Virus record (IMG/VR): IMGVR_UViG_3300029705_004726
Origin: an uncultured virus (IMG/VR IMGVR_UViG_3300029705_004726)
Lineage: Duplodnaviria; Heunggongvirae; Uroviricota; Caudoviricetes
Length of the DNA stretch: 64,000 bases
Reading direction: 5' to 3' (one strand)
Shown here: one piece after another, positions 9,702-20,711 of the stretch
Numbering within the stretch: position 1 is the first letter of the stretch
Layout: every line of letters begins with the position of its first letter
Position numbers and translations under genes: made by a program
The notes under the pieces: model-generated
What the model was told of the DNA's origin: nothing
The model's input: only the letters and a program-made list of their open reading frames with translations
The model's database searches: none

Positions 9702-10036
9702 GTTATTAAGTATTTAAGATTATGATGAAATTAATACAAAAAATAAATTTTTGAGGACTTAAATCAATAATAATTAAAATAAAGCAGGTAAAATAATTGG
9801 AAAACATTGGAAAAATTAAAGAATTGGCAAAGAGGTGGATATTCACATCGCTAATTATTTTAATAATACTAATAATTGCCATCATTTTATTTTCTATGCT
9901 GTTATTGTTTGAATTGTAAATTAATTGTATGATTGGGTATTAGATATAAAACCTAATGTGGAATTATTGAGGCAATACAATAGTTACAGGAAAATACAGA
10001 AAACGAAAAAGGGACTGATTGACAGTCCCTTTTGGA

Positions 10037-12958
10037 TTATTTAGACCAGAATTTATTGGAATATGTTAATTTTAAATATGTTGCAGCCGTGGATGTATTT
10101 GAAAAATTACCTAGAGCTGTTGTTTTTTCGCCTGATTTACTTCCAATATACCATCCATTAGGGTCTTTAAATGTTACATTGGTTAGGTTTGTACAACCAC
10201 GGAACGCACTATCACCAATACTTGTTACTCCTTCGGGAATTACTATACTGGTTAGGCTTGCACAGTCATAGAATGTATAAGAGCCAATACTTGTTACTCC
10301 TTCTGGGATTGTTATACTGGTTAGGCTTGTACAGCCATAGAACGCACTACTACCAATACTTGTTACTCCTTCTGGGATTGTTATACTGGTTAGGCTTGTA
10401 CAACCTTGGAATGCACTCTTACCAATACCTGTTATACTTTCTGGGATTGTTATACTGGTTAGGCTTGTACAGCCATAGAACGCACTACTACCAATACTTG
10501 TTACTCCTTCTGGGATTGTTATACTGATTAGGCTTGTACAACCTTGGAATGCACTATTACCAATACTTGTTACTTTTTCGGGGATTGTTATACTGGTTAG
10601 GTTTTTACATCCACGGAATGCACTATCACCAATACTTGTTACACTTTCTGGGATTGTTATACTGGTTAGGCTTGTACAGTCATAGAATGCACAATAACCA
10701 ATATTTGTTACTCCTTCTGGGATTGTTATACTGGTTAGGCTTGCACAGCCATAGAACGCACTACTACCAATACTTGTTACACTCTCGGGGATTGTTATAC
10801 TGGTTAGGCTTTTACAGTTATAGAATGCACTATCACCAATACTTGTTACTCCTTCTGGGATTGTTATACTGGTTAGGTTTGTACAATATTTGAATGCACT
10901 ATCACCAATACTTGTTACTCCTTCTGGGATTGCTATACTGGTTAGGTTTGTACAGTCATAGAAGTAATAATTACCAATACTTGTTACTCCTTCTGGGATT
11001 GTTATACTGGTTAGGCTTTTACAACCACGGAATGCACCACTACCAATACTTGTTACTCCTTCTGGGATTGTTATACTGGTTAGGCTTTCACAGTTAAAGA
11101 ATGCATAATTACCAATACTTGTTACTTCTTCTGGAATTGTTATACTGGTTAGGCTTGTACAGCCACGGAATGCATAACCACTAATACTTGTTACTCCTTC
11201 TGGGATTGTTATACTGGTTAGGCTTTCACAGCCGTAGAATGTATAATCATTAATACTTGTTACTCCTTCTGGGATTGTTATACTGGTCAGGCTTGTACAA
11301 CCATAGAATGCATAATTACCAATACTTGTTACTCCTTCTGGGATTGTTATACTGGTTAGGCTTGTACAGCCATAGAATGTATAAGAGCCAATACGTGTTA
11401 CGCTTTCTGGGATTGTTATACTGGTTAGGCTTGTACAGCCATGGAATGTATAAGAGTCCATACTTGTTACTCTTTCTGGGATTGTTATACTGGTTAGGCT
11501 TGTACAATCACGGAATGCACTAAAACCAATATTTGTTACTCTTTCTGGGATTGTTATACTGGTTAGGTTTGTACAACCACGGAATGCATAAGGGCTAATA
11601 CGTGTTACTCTCTCTGGGATTGTTATACTGGTTAGGCTTTCACAGTTAAGGAATGCATAATCACCAATTTTTGTCACTTTTTCTGGAATTATAACTTTTG
11701 TTGCTGTTGGATAATAATTTGTAATAATATAATATGGTGAAGTTTCTAATGTTTTATATGTAGAAGATGTGTAATTTTGTGATACATCTATTCCACTGTC
11801 TTCATACGAACATAACATTATATCATTTTCGTCATATAATCCAGGGGAATATACTTTTTCTTCATTACATTTTGTACATATTCCGTTTTCATAGTCATGT
11901 CCTAATGCATCTATTACTTCTTTATAAACATAAAAACACTCAGAACACGTAAATGTTTTTAAGCCTGTTTTAGTACATGTAGGTTCTTGGTTAGACTCTT
12001 CAAAATCATGTAAATGAGTTTCTATATTACCATTACTGTCTACTTTTACAAAAGCAACAGGTGAATAACTTGTAAAGTTACCATTAACTTTACCGCTTTC
12101 ATCTACTGTCTCAGTACCTATATGTTCCCACATCTGTTTTTCTTCATCGAAGTGAAGGATTACAACAGTATCACCTGGATTTGCGATACTAGATACATCA
12201 AAGGTTGTATCAGCAATGCCTTCAAAGTCATCGGATTCAACTTCTATTAAGGCATCTACCTCTTCTGTATCTTCTATTAATCCAGATTCATTTAAGCTAT
12301 CTAATAGTTTCTTTGCTTCGCTTCCTACGATGGTAGACGCAGAAGCGTTTATATCTACTCCATCGCTGTTAGTAGCTGTTACCTTTATAGGTGTACGGGT
12401 TTCACTGGTTATAACATCATACTCTGAATGTTTATCTTGAGAAACATCGTCTCCTATTACACTTCCGTTTATATCAGCTTCATTAGAACCTATAGAGTCC
12501 TCTAAACTTAAATCTACTGAGCTGGTAACTGTAAAGTTAAATAAACCACTCCATTTACCTGCTGATATAGATTCCATCTCTATAACGCCATCTGAGATTA
12601 CTTCTGCTTCTGGTCTTACACCATCTGCATAGGTAAAGTTTGTTTTAGGCTGTGTTATAGTAGCCAATATATCCGATTTACCTTCTTGTTTCATATAGAA
12701 TTCGGCGTCTGGTGTAACGGTAATAATATCGGTTCCTGATATGTTGCCTTTTACAGCAACTCTATAAGCTCCAACGCCTTCGTTTCCACTTAAAACAAGT
12801 TGTTTTGGAATTCTGATAGTAAAATTACTACTCTGTGTTGCAAAAACATCAGCTCCTGAATTTGCGGCTGTGTCTGCATATACTGGCGTTGAACTAAACA
12901 TCATTGTTCCTGCTAACACAAAAGCCATAACTCTACCTATGAGTTTTTTAAACTTCAT
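10037..12958 (-). CDS. Secreted BspA/TpLRR-type leucine-rich repeat surface protein
   Basis: Signal peptide, PTCT..G...C..C linker, 22 x 23-aa repeats TSITIPEGVTSIGxxAFxxCxSL. Confidence 0.93.
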   Translation of the reverse strand: MKFKKLIGRVMAFVLAGTMMFSSTPVYADTAANSGADVFATQSSNFTIRIPKQLVLSGNEGVGAYRVAVKGNISGTDIITVTPDAEFYMKQEGKSDILATITQPKTNFTYADGVRPEAEVISDGVIEMESISAGKWSGLFNFTVTSSVDLSLEDSIGSNEADINGSVIGDDVSQDKHSEYDVITSETRTPIKVTATNSDGVDINASASTIVGSEAKKLLDSLNESGLIEDTEEVDALIEVESDDFEGIADTTFDVSSIANPGDTVVILHFDEEKQMWEHIGTETVDESGKVNGNFTSYSPVAFVKVDSNGNIETHLHDFEESNQEPTCTKTGLKTFTCSECFYVYKEVIDALGHDYENGICTKCNEEKVYSPGLYDENDIMLCSYEDSGIDVSQNYTSSTYKTLETSPYYIITNYYPTATKVIIPEKVTKIGDYAFLNCESLTSITIPERVTRISPYAFRGCTNLTSITIPERVTNIGFSAFRDCTSLTSITIPERVTSMDSYTFHGCTSLTSITIPESVTRIGSYTFYGCTSLTSITIPEGVTSIGNYAFYGCTSLTSITIPEGVTSINDYTFYGCESLTSITIPEGVTSISGYAFRGCTSLTSITIPEEVTSIGNYAFFNCESLTSITIPEGVTSIGSGAFRGCKSLTSITIPEGVTSIGNYYFYDCTNLTSIAIPEGVTSIGDSAFKYCTNLTSITIPEGVTSIGDSAFYNCKSLTSITIPESVTSIGSSAFYGCASLTSITIPEGVTNIGYCAFYDCTSLTSITIPESVTSIGDSAFRGCKNLTSITIPEKVTSIGNSAFQGCTSLISITIPEGVTSIGSSAFYGCTSLTSITIPESITGIGKSAFQGCTSLTSITIPEGVTSIGSSAFYGCTSLTSITIPEGVTSIGSYTFYDCASLTSIVIPEGVTSIGDSAFRGCTNLTNVTFKDPNGWYIGSKSGEKTTALGNFSNTSTAATYLKLTYSNKFWSK
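10180..11700. repeat. Tandem 69-bp coding repeats (about 22 copies) in the LRR gene
   Basis: Near-identical unit CCAATACTTGTTACTCCTTCTGGGATTGTTATACTGGTTAGGCTTGTACA... repeated. Confidence 0.92.
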
Positions 12959-13139
12959 TTTTATTTTTACCTCCTAATTAAATTAAAAATACTGTAAAAA
13001 TAAATATCTGACTACTTGTTATTTATATATAAATAAAAATAGATATCTATTTTTATGGGTTGTTCCTTTATTATACAAAATAAATTATTAAATTAAAAGA
13101 GAGGATTATTAATCCTCTCTTTTTGTTATTTTAAAGTTG

Positions 13140-14072
13140 TTATTCTATTATATCAATGTAATTCATAACGTCACCGTTAAGTTCAAAATCAAAGTCGATA
13201 TCTGCTGTCGTTCTAAAATTTGTATCATCAACAAATTGTTTACGTTTCAGCATATGCTTTTCAATCATTTCAGTTAGTGGTTTGTTTAATATTACAATAT
13301 TTTCTTTTACAAAAATATCATATTGTGTAACGAGCATTTTTTCAAAGTAGTAGAGATTATAATCTCCAGGGTCACTACCATAAAGGCTATAATTGTTCAT
13401 ATCTTTTTCCATACCCAAGAATACGCAATAATCATCACGAGATACATTCTTTATTGTAGACTCCATTCCCTCATAAAAGTTACACTTTTCAAGTAATTTA
13501 TTAATAGTAACATCCAATTTTGCCCTTTCATCATCATTAGGTTTTCTATTATTATTTAGGGCAATGTACATTTGTTCTACTACTAAATCATGGTATTCTG
13601 AACCCTTTTTAGGAATGTATAACTGAACTGTTTTCTTTTTATCAGAGTCAACACCAAGGTCTTTTAATGTAGTACCGTTAATTACTGCGTCAGTAATCTT
13701 GGAAAAGTTTACACAATTAGCGTCAGCATATTCAAAATATAAACTGTCTGGTACATCGAAGTCTCTATTAACAAGATAAATTACTGGTGAAAATATTGCT
13801 TTTTCATATTTTTTGAAACCGTTTATTGTTTCGTCACTGTGTTCTTGAATTATTACACTTGCTTCATCTTTTGTAGATACTTTAAATTCAAGTCTACCCG
13901 TGTCTGCACCAATTAAGGCATTTTTAACTGATGCATTAGCATCAATATACCATGTAGTAGCTCGGCTGTTTTTGTCAATAATCATATCTGATACAGAAAT
14001 GTTTTTTAATGATATAAAAGTCAAATAACATAATAGGATTACAATCCACACATAAATTCGTGATTTATACAT
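13140..14072 (-). CDS. Membrane-anchored extracellular protein, possibly solute-binding-like, in the telA operon
   Basis: N-terminal TM; FSPVIY motif; context downstream of telA/xpaC-like genes. Confidence 0.6.
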   Translation of the reverse strand: MYKSRIYVWIVILLCYLTFISLKNISVSDMIIDKNSRATTWYIDANASVKNALIGADTGRLEFKVSTKDEASVIIQEHSDETINGFKKYEKAIFSPVIYLVNRDFDVPDSLYFEYADANCVNFSKITDAVINGTTLKDLGVDSDKKKTVQLYIPKKGSEYHDLVVEQMYIALNNNRKPNDDERAKLDVTINKLLEKCNFYEGMESTIKNVSRDDYCVFLGMEKDMNNYSLYGSDPGDYNLYYFEKMLVTQYDIFVKENIVILNKPLTEMIEKHMLKRKQFVDDTNFRTTADIDFDFELNGDVMNYIDIIE

Positions 14073-14883
14073 TTTTAGTTTCCTCCTCGCTGAGTTTTTG
14101 TATTAAGAAATCAATATCAAAATCGATAGAGCTTTCTTTATATTCCGTGATTTTTGTTTCTTGTCTTTTTAAGTGATTTAAGAACGCATCAAACAGGTAT
14201 TCTAATCTATCACGATAAGTTAATTTCTGTTCGGTACTCATTTCTTCATAGCTACTTATAATTTTAAGTAATTCTTCTGAATAAATATTGTATGTATTAA
14301 TTACAATTGAAATAGAGTTTATGTCATCCTTAATTAATTCCAAAAGTTTTTTTGAAACAGTAACCAGTTCTTTCATTCTTTCTTCAATAAATTTAATTCC
14401 TTTGTATGAATCAAACTTGGCAATCATTTCTTCTACAAATACAAGTTCGTTTTGCTTTGCTTTTGGGGTTGTGATTGTTTCTAATGAACGATATTCCTCT
14501 ATTTTATCATTCAAAATTTTTAATTTTTCATCATAGAAAGATGTCATTATATCAAATTTTTCTTTAAATGACAGCATCTCATCATGTGACATGTTTGAAA
14601 TTCTCTTTTTATATCCAATCTTCTGAAATATCCATATGATTGAATTAAACGATTTAGAGAAAAACAAAACAATATTTTCTAAGATGATAAGAAAAATATC
14701 AAATGCAATAAAAGAAAAGAAAAATGTTGGAATATCAACTTTTATTATGAATAATAGCACGATAGGGGCTAATATATTTAATATTAGTCCTATCGCATTA
14801 TTAACTTCAAAGAAAGTTGAGCCGACTTTATCCAATATTGCCTGTTTTCTATCAAAGGCATCATTTGAATTAATTATTTTCAT
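14065..14883 (-). CDS. XpaC-like membrane/coiled-coil partner of TelA
   Basis: Two TM helices then helical domain (YNIYSEELLKIISSY...IDFDIDFL); adjacent to telA. Confidence 0.55.
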   Translation of the reverse strand: MKIINSNDAFDRKQAILDKVGSTFFEVNNAIGLILNILAPIVLLFIIKVDIPTFFFSFIAFDIFLIILENIVLFFSKSFNSIIWIFQKIGYKKRISNMSHDEMLSFKEKFDIMTSFYDEKLKILNDKIEEYRSLETITTPKAKQNELVFVEEMIAKFDSYKGIKFIEERMKELVTVSKKLLELIKDDINSISIVINTYNIYSEELLKIISSYEEMSTEQKLTYRDRLEYLFDAFLNHLKRQETKITEYKESSIDFDIDFLIQKLSEEETKNV

Positions 14884-14903
14884 GTTTTGCCCCTTTCTGA
14901 CTA

Positions 14904-15940
14904 CTACATTCTGTCATTAATGGAAGTTTCGATTAATCTGTGTTGTAAATCTACAAGCTCACCAACAACGCTTGCTCTATTTTTAATTCCATTTTGACGA
15001 ATGCTTCTAATCTCTTCAATTGTTGCAATGAGGTTGTTGTTCGTTTCCTTGAGAGTTTCTAAGTCAACGATATCTCTTTCTAACTCAATTGCAACAGAAG
15101 TTGTGCTTGTCTTTAATAATTCGGAATTTCTTCTTAATAATTCATTGTTAGTATCTGTAATGCTTTTAACCAACTTTGCACCATTTTGCTGTCTCATTGT
15201 TTGAATTGCAATAACCATCTGAGACTCCCATAAAGGAATAGAAGTATCAATGCTGGACTGAATTTTTTCTACCAAAACAGCGTCACCATCTCTAATTAAC
15301 ATTAGCTGAGGGATGTTCTGAATTGCAACCATTCTTTGTAATTCAAGATTATGAATTTTTCTTTCGAACATGTTAAGTTCACTTTCTTTAAGAGACAATT
15401 CCTGCCCTGCAAGAATATCGGATTTGTCTAATGTTATTTTTCTTGCTTCGTATTCATCACGGGCTTCCTTTAACTTCTGCTTACCTGCTTCAATATAAAC
15501 GTCTAATTCATTGATATATTGCTGATTCTGCTTAATGTATATATTACAGGTATTGATATCCTTGGATAAAGAATACTCTGCTTGTGCTAACTGCTTTGAT
15601 ACACCTGTAATAAATTGCTGAACAGTTTCATATTTCGTGATAAACGTCTTTAAATCCTGACCGCCAAAAAGCTTTCTGATAAAAGATTGCTTCTTTGGAA
15701 CAAGTGTGGTACAGTCAATAGAATTTAACTGACCGACAAGAGTTAAAAGTAATTCTTCTACTTCGGGAGAATCTTTTACTTGTACGCTTTTAAAATTTCT
15801 GATGAAAAATCAGACAATTTTTTGCTTACTTCGTTACCATAAGAAGAAATACTAGGATAATCTAATACAATAGAGTCCTTAACCCTTGTTACAATTTCTG
15901 CATTTTTTTCTTTTTTTTCAATAATATCTGTTACTATCAT
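14904..15940 (-). pseudogene. telA: Toxic anion resistance protein TelA family, split by a -1 frameshift near 15790
   Basis: Frame 1 MIVTDII...YGNEVSKKLSDFSSEILK then stop; the -1 frame continues SVQVKDSPEVEELL...ELDVYIEAG...ERKIHNLELQRMVAIQNIPQL...IPLWESQM open to 14904. Confidence 0.85.
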
Positions 15941-15956
15941 ACTCTAAGCCCTCCTT

Positions 15957-16583
15957 TTAATAATCCCAATCGCTGTGTCCACCTTTGTGTTTATTATTTA
16001 TTTTTATTTCTAACATAACCTTCATGTTCTGTAATTGCGTTAATCTTATTAACAGCGTTTCTTCTTGTTTCTTAAATACATATTCATTATTTTCTAATTC
16101 CGAAATAAGATTTTCAGATAATTGTTTCTTTTTATCTAATTTTGCATGCACTTCACTTAAGTCTTTTTTTAATCCAGAAAGTGCATTGTTTATTGATTTA
16201 GCCTCTTTTGTTATCTTTTTCAATTTTTTAATTTCACGAACACAATTTTTTTGAAAGAATATTTCTTTAATAAAAAGAATAATTAACAATGAAATAATGG
16301 CCATTGCTCTAAAAATATCGCTTTTTATGTATTCAATTCCTGCACCAAAAATATAAAAATCAAAAGAACACATTGCACCAATCATAAATGCAATCAAAAA
16401 TTCAACGGCTAAAAATACAAGAGAGTAACCTAGGGCAGAACCCAAATATTCATACATATATGAATTATAGTAGTTACCATAGTCATCAGAATATTCAACA
16501 AGCTTATATGAGAAAGTTGAAATAATTATTAATAATGCAATAACAAAAAATATTGTTAAAAAAATAAATTCTCCTAATGTCAT
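15957..16583 (-). CDS. Membrane protein with C-terminal coiled coil
   Basis: Three TM segments; first gene before telA. Confidence 0.7.
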   Translation of the reverse strand: MTLGEFIFLTIFFVIALLIIISTFSYKLVEYSDDYGNYYNSYMYEYLGSALGYSLVFLAVEFLIAFMIGAMCSFDFYIFGAGIEYIKSDIFRAMAIISLLIILFIKEIFFQKNCVREIKKLKKITKEAKSINNALSGLKKDLSEVHAKLDKKKQLSENLISELENNEYVFKKQEETLLIRLTQLQNMKVMLEIKINNKHKGGHSDWDY

Positions 16584-16596
16584 AAATATCGCTCCT

Positions 16597-17244
16597 TTAC
16601 TTTACTATTTTTATGAATCTATTTCTTTTTTTTCTTTTTATAACTTTATGTGTTCTTCCTGTTTGTTTATCATACATATAGTTTCCTTCTTTATTATAGG
16701 TAAAAGTCTTTATTTTACCATTAGGGTCGATAGTATCAAGGAAGCCTTCTAATAATCCTTGTTGTCCGTTAAATTTTAACAGTCTATCAACTATAAGATA
16801 TGTTTTAACAGAAAAGTTCATTAAATCGTTATTGAAATAATTCCACAAAAAATCATCGAACTCGTCTTTTATTAAGTTGTTTGTATTAATATTATTCAGG
16901 TATTCCATGGTTGAAAAATAATCTTTGCATTCATATTTTTTACCATTATATTCTTTTATAATAGGAAACATTTGTATCATATCATTAAATGTTACGCTTT
17001 TGATTAAACCAGATATGTCTAATGCTTCACAATGTAGTTTCAATAATTGCTGATAATCTAAATCGTCAATTCTAGCTCTTGAAATATATTTGACACCATA
17101 GTAAATAGCTTTTTTAATATCTATTTTATGGTCAAAGCCGTATTGATAATCTAGATATAAATCATAGTATTTTTGATTATATTTTTTTTGTTTTTCTTTT
17201 AGTTTTTTTTGGTTATCTTCTAACCCACCTTTTAATACTTTCAT
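16597..17244 (-). CDS. Hypothetical protein
   Basis: 215-aa ORF with RBS and promoter. Confidence 0.7.
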   Translation of the reverse strand: MKVLKGGLEDNQKKLKEKQKKYNQKYYDLYLDYQYGFDHKIDIKKAIYYGVKYISRARIDDLDYQQLLKLHCEALDISGLIKSVTFNDMIQMFPIIKEYNGKKYECKDYFSTMEYLNNINTNNLIKDEFDDFLWNYFNNDLMNFSVKTYLIVDRLLKFNGQQGLLEGFLDTIDPNGKIKTFTYNKEGNYMYDKQTGRTHKVIKRKKRNRFIKIVK

Positions 17245-17409
17245 TTAATACCCCCTTGTTATTTCATAGTCTAATTATATCACAATTTATGGTATCTGAC
17301 AATATGGTTTAGAAAAAATATATAATTTTGTCAGATGTAATCTTTGAAATTTAAGCAAAATAAGGTATAATTATTATACAAGTTAATTACATAAGAAAGA
17401 GGTGAGGAT

Positions 17410-17604
17410 ATGAAATACAAGTATTCAATTATTGCCGCTGTATGTTCTCTTGTTTTTTTGGCATACTCTGTTATTACCGAACTTTCGCAGATTGGAACGC
17501 TTAGAATCACAGGACTTATTGCTGTTGGTGGCGTTCTGGTTGTTCTTAGGTTTGTAAATGCAGAGAGATATTACCTTAGAAACAAGAAAAAGGGTGTTGC
17601 GTAA
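17410..17604 (+). CDS. Small two-TM membrane protein
   Basis: GAGGTGAGG RBS; two hydrophobic segments and basic tail. Confidence 0.65.
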   Translation: MKYKYSIIAAVCSLVFLAYSVITELSQIGTLRITGLIAVGGVLVVLRFVNAERYYLRNKKKGVA

Positions 17605-17629
17605 GCATCACCCTTTTTTCTATGTAACA

Positions 17630-17884
17630 TTATTCAACAATAAACTCTTCTAACTGCTTAAGAATGTTCTTGTCTTCGGAATAAATGTTAATTTCAATTG
17701 GCTTGGATAAATCAAGACTGAAAATTCCCATAATAGACTTTGCATCAATTACGTATCTTCCAGATACTAAATCCAGGTCGCAGTCCAAAGAACTTGTTAC
17801 ATTTACAAATTTCTTGAGAACATCAATCTGATTTAAGAATACCTTTGCACCAATAAATTTACTTTTGTTTGCCATACTTATCAT
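17630..17884 (-). CDS. HPr-family protein lacking His15 (regulatory Ser46 motif retained)
   Basis: IDAKSIMGIFSL motif; no N-terminal GLHAR motif. Confidence 0.85.
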   Translation of the reverse strand: MISMANKSKFIGAKVFLNQIDVLKKFVNVTSSLDCDLDLVSGRYVIDAKSIMGIFSLDLSKPIEINIYSEDKNILKQLEEFIVE

Positions 17885-18240
17885 CTCCTTACTGAAAACT
17901 TGTTTACTGTTTACATTTATATTTTAGTACATTTTACCATTTTTGTAAACATGTTATTTTATCGAACTTTTGTGTAAAAAAAGATATTTTTTATGCATAA
18001 CTTACAAAAACTATCAGTATATATATTTTTTAGCTCTTTAAAATTGTGAAAAATAAACAAATCATTTTATTTATTATGCTTGTATTTTTATCTTTTTTCT
18101 TAAAAATCAAAGTTATAATTTTTGTAATTTCTATGAAATTAATGTTAACTATTTACAAAAACATAAAATTATGTTAAGATTAACATAAACATAAAAAAAA
18201 TAACTAGTAAAATGTTTTTACAGAGAAAGGAAAAGATAAA

Positions 18241-18495
18241 ATGAAAGAAGCATTACTTACAACATTATTAACAGATATTGAATTGTCATTTCCATGTATA
18301 GTTGATACTAATATCAAAGAAGTAATTAGCATTAATATGTATAGTGAAAGATTGCTTCATGATTCAAGATTTAATTATATAATCGTTGACAATAAGGAAT
18401 ATCCTGTGTTTTTTAGAAACAAAATTGATAAAAATTGTAGAGAATATTATATATTAAGTGAAAATGTAGAGATAGCAAAAGAGACAGGTCTGTGA
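18241..18495 (+). CDS. Hypothetical protein
   Basis: ORF with AAAGGA RBS. Confidence 0.6.
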   Translation: MKEALLTTLLTDIELSFPCIVDTNIKEVISINMYSERLLHDSRFNYIIVDNKEYPVFFRNKIDKNCREYYILSENVEIAKETGL

Positions 18496-18543
18496 CCTGT
18501 CTCTCTCTATAAATAACACCCAATTTGTGCGAAGGCGGGTGAA

Positions 18544-18617
<74 letters not shown>

Positions 18618-18773
18618 CCGAAAATACTCGGCACTAATCTTAAGTTTGATAACTTTATATACTTATTATACAATATATTATTTAAAAGTCAAAATAAATA
18701 GAAGCAATATAATAATATTTTTTTATTTATTATATGATATAATATTAATATTATGATAGAAAGGAGAAAAAAT

Positions 18774-19700
18774 ATGAAAAAATATAGATTATTTACATTT
18801 TTATGTATTGTATGTTTATTATTGTGTGGATGTGGTTCTTCTGCAATGGATAATAAAGCAGAATCATCAATAACTGGTGGTTTTAGAGGCGATTATGATA
18901 TTTCTGATGGGATGACAGATACTATTCCAGAAAGTCCTACATTAGATAAGAATAATGGGGGCAATCAAGAAAGCGATGTTTTATTTGAAGAAAAACTTAT
19001 TTATTCATGTGATATGAATATACAAACACTTGAATATGAAAAGACAATTATTGAAATCAAGAAAAAGGTAGCTGAATTTAATGGGATAATCGAGTCTGAA
19101 AAAGAATATGACAATAATTATTCTTGGTATTATTCTGATGAGGATAGCGGGAAAATGTCTTCCTCAATAAAGATAAGAATTCCATCTGATAAATATTATG
19201 AATTTCTAAAGTCTATTGAGGGACAGGGGAAAGTAATAAGTAAGTCGTCAAATGTTGAAAATATAAGTAAACAATATTATGAGGTATCTAGCTTAATTGA
19301 ATCCTTGGAAATACAAGAAGATAGACTACTTGAAATGATGACTGATTGTAAAACTATTCCTGATATGATATCCGTTGAAGCAAGATTAACAGAAGTTCAA
19401 TCACAACTCAATAGCTATAAGACGCAATTAGCATTTATGGATAATAAAGTTACATATTCTACAATAACTTTAGTTATTGATGAAGTAATAAAATATTCAC
19501 CCAAAGTTGTTGAAGAAACTTTCTTTGATAGATTAAAGGAAACACTTGAAGAAACATGGGAATTTTTCTGGGACATGTTAGAGGGTGTATTGTTCTTTTT
19601 TATAAGAATCTTACCTGTTGTTTTGGTAATCTCTCCTATTGTCATTTTCATTATATTTAAGATTAGAAAAAGAAAAAAAATGAAAAAGAACGATGAATAA
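18774..19700 (+). CDS. DUF4349-family lipoprotein
   Basis: Lipobox LCGC; KLIY...RIPS...L.IQE.RL...V.YSTITL pattern; C-terminal TM. Confidence 0.82.
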   Translation: MKKYRLFTFLCIVCLLLCGCGSSAMDNKAESSITGGFRGDYDISDGMTDTIPESPTLDKNNGGNQESDVLFEEKLIYSCDMNIQTLEYEKTIIEIKKKVAEFNGIIESEKEYDNNYSWYYSDEDSGKMSSSIKIRIPSDKYYEFLKSIEGQGKVISKSSNVENISKQYYEVSSLIESLEIQEDRLLEMMTDCKTIPDMISVEARLTEVQSQLNSYKTQLAFMDNKVTYSTITLVIDEVIKYSPKVVEETFFDRLKETLEETWEFFWDMLEGVLFFFIRILPVVLVISPIVIFIIFKIRKRKKMKKNDE

Positions 19701-19790
19701 GATATGAAAGAGTGGTATAGCCACTCTTTTTTGTATTGATTTTTATTCACTTTTCGGCTAATATAATAATATAGATAAAGGAGAAAAAGA

Positions 19791-20483
19791 ATGACAAGTA
19801 ATGTATTAAAAATTATAGCGATGATATCAATGTTTATAGACCATGCGTTTAAAATGGGCGTTATTCCTGATTTGTTGTTATTTCAAGTAGTAGGAAGACT
19901 TGCTTTTCCTATTTTTGCGTTTTTAATAGCGGAAGGAATTTATTATACAAAGAATAAAAGTAAATATTTAATGTATATGTTTATTTTTGCAATAATTTCT
20001 GAGGTACCATTTAATTTATTGGTTTCTAATGCTGTTATAAGTTTGCTAGATAAAAACGTATTGTTTACATTTAGTGCAACGATTTCTACTATTGTTGTTT
20101 GTAATATAATAGATAAATTAAAGATAAAAGATGACTATTATAAAATAATGTTAAAAATATTTTCAATGATATTTACATTGATATTAGTAACTTTTCTCAA
20201 TACAGACTATTCGTTTTTAGGATATTTATTGGTGTTATCATTTTATTATATTAAGATAAAGAAATTTAATAAATATATTTTCTTATCAATTGCACTAGTT
20301 GTTTTTTGTGCATTTAATTATTTGCTTGAAAATTATATTCAAAGTTATTGTTTATTATGTGTTATTCCTTTATTTTTATATAATGGTAAAAGAGGCAAAA
20401 GTAATAAAATTATAAAGTTTGCATTTTACAGTTTTTATCCCATACATATTTTGATATTATATCTTATAAAATTTTTTATGTAA
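19791..20483 (+). CDS. TraX-family membrane protein (putative acyltransferase)
   Basis: LKIIAMISMFIDH, GRLAFPIFAF..AEG..YT, SEVPF, YNGKRG, FY.FYP.H motifs. Confidence 0.9.
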   Translation: MTSNVLKIIAMISMFIDHAFKMGVIPDLLLFQVVGRLAFPIFAFLIAEGIYYTKNKSKYLMYMFIFAIISEVPFNLLVSNAVISLLDKNVLFTFSATISTIVVCNIIDKLKIKDDYYKIMLKIFSMIFTLILVTFLNTDYSFLGYLLVLSFYYIKIKKFNKYIFLSIALVVFCAFNYLLENYIQSYCLLCVIPLFLYNGKRGKSNKIIKFAFYSFYPIHILILYLIKFFM

Positions 20484-20564
20484 GTATTTACATTTTTAAG
20501 GATATGAGTATAATATTAATATTGGTTCCCTAATTTTATAATTGAAAGAAAGGTAGGAAAATAA

Positions 20565-20681
20565 ATGGAAAGAATAATTGAAGCAATTGAACTCTATAAT
20601 AAAACATATACACAATATGAAAAAGAGTGTTTAAAAAACAATGTTCAACCTAAAACATTTTTTCAGTTGTTGTTTTGCTAA
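20565..20681 (+). CDS. Small hypothetical protein (38 aa)
   Basis: Hand-translated MERIIEAIELYNK...; AAAGGTAGG RBS and upstream promoter. Confidence 0.5.
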   Translation: MERIIEAIELYNKTYTQYEKECLKNNVQPKTFFQLLFC

Positions 20682-20711
20682 TTTTAAAAACAATTGGAAA
20701 TATTCTGAAAA

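Noticed and set aside
10171..11523. Repetitive plus-strand ORFs (YQYLLLLLGLLYWLG) and a CRISPR-like periodicity
   Set aside because: These are antisense shadows of the 69-bp LRR coding repeats; there are no unique spacers or cas genes.
17330..17350. GATTACATC on the minus strand, matching the Y-like RNA core
   Set aside because: No upstream TAGCAG, flanking helices or TATTC partner; chance match in a promoter region.
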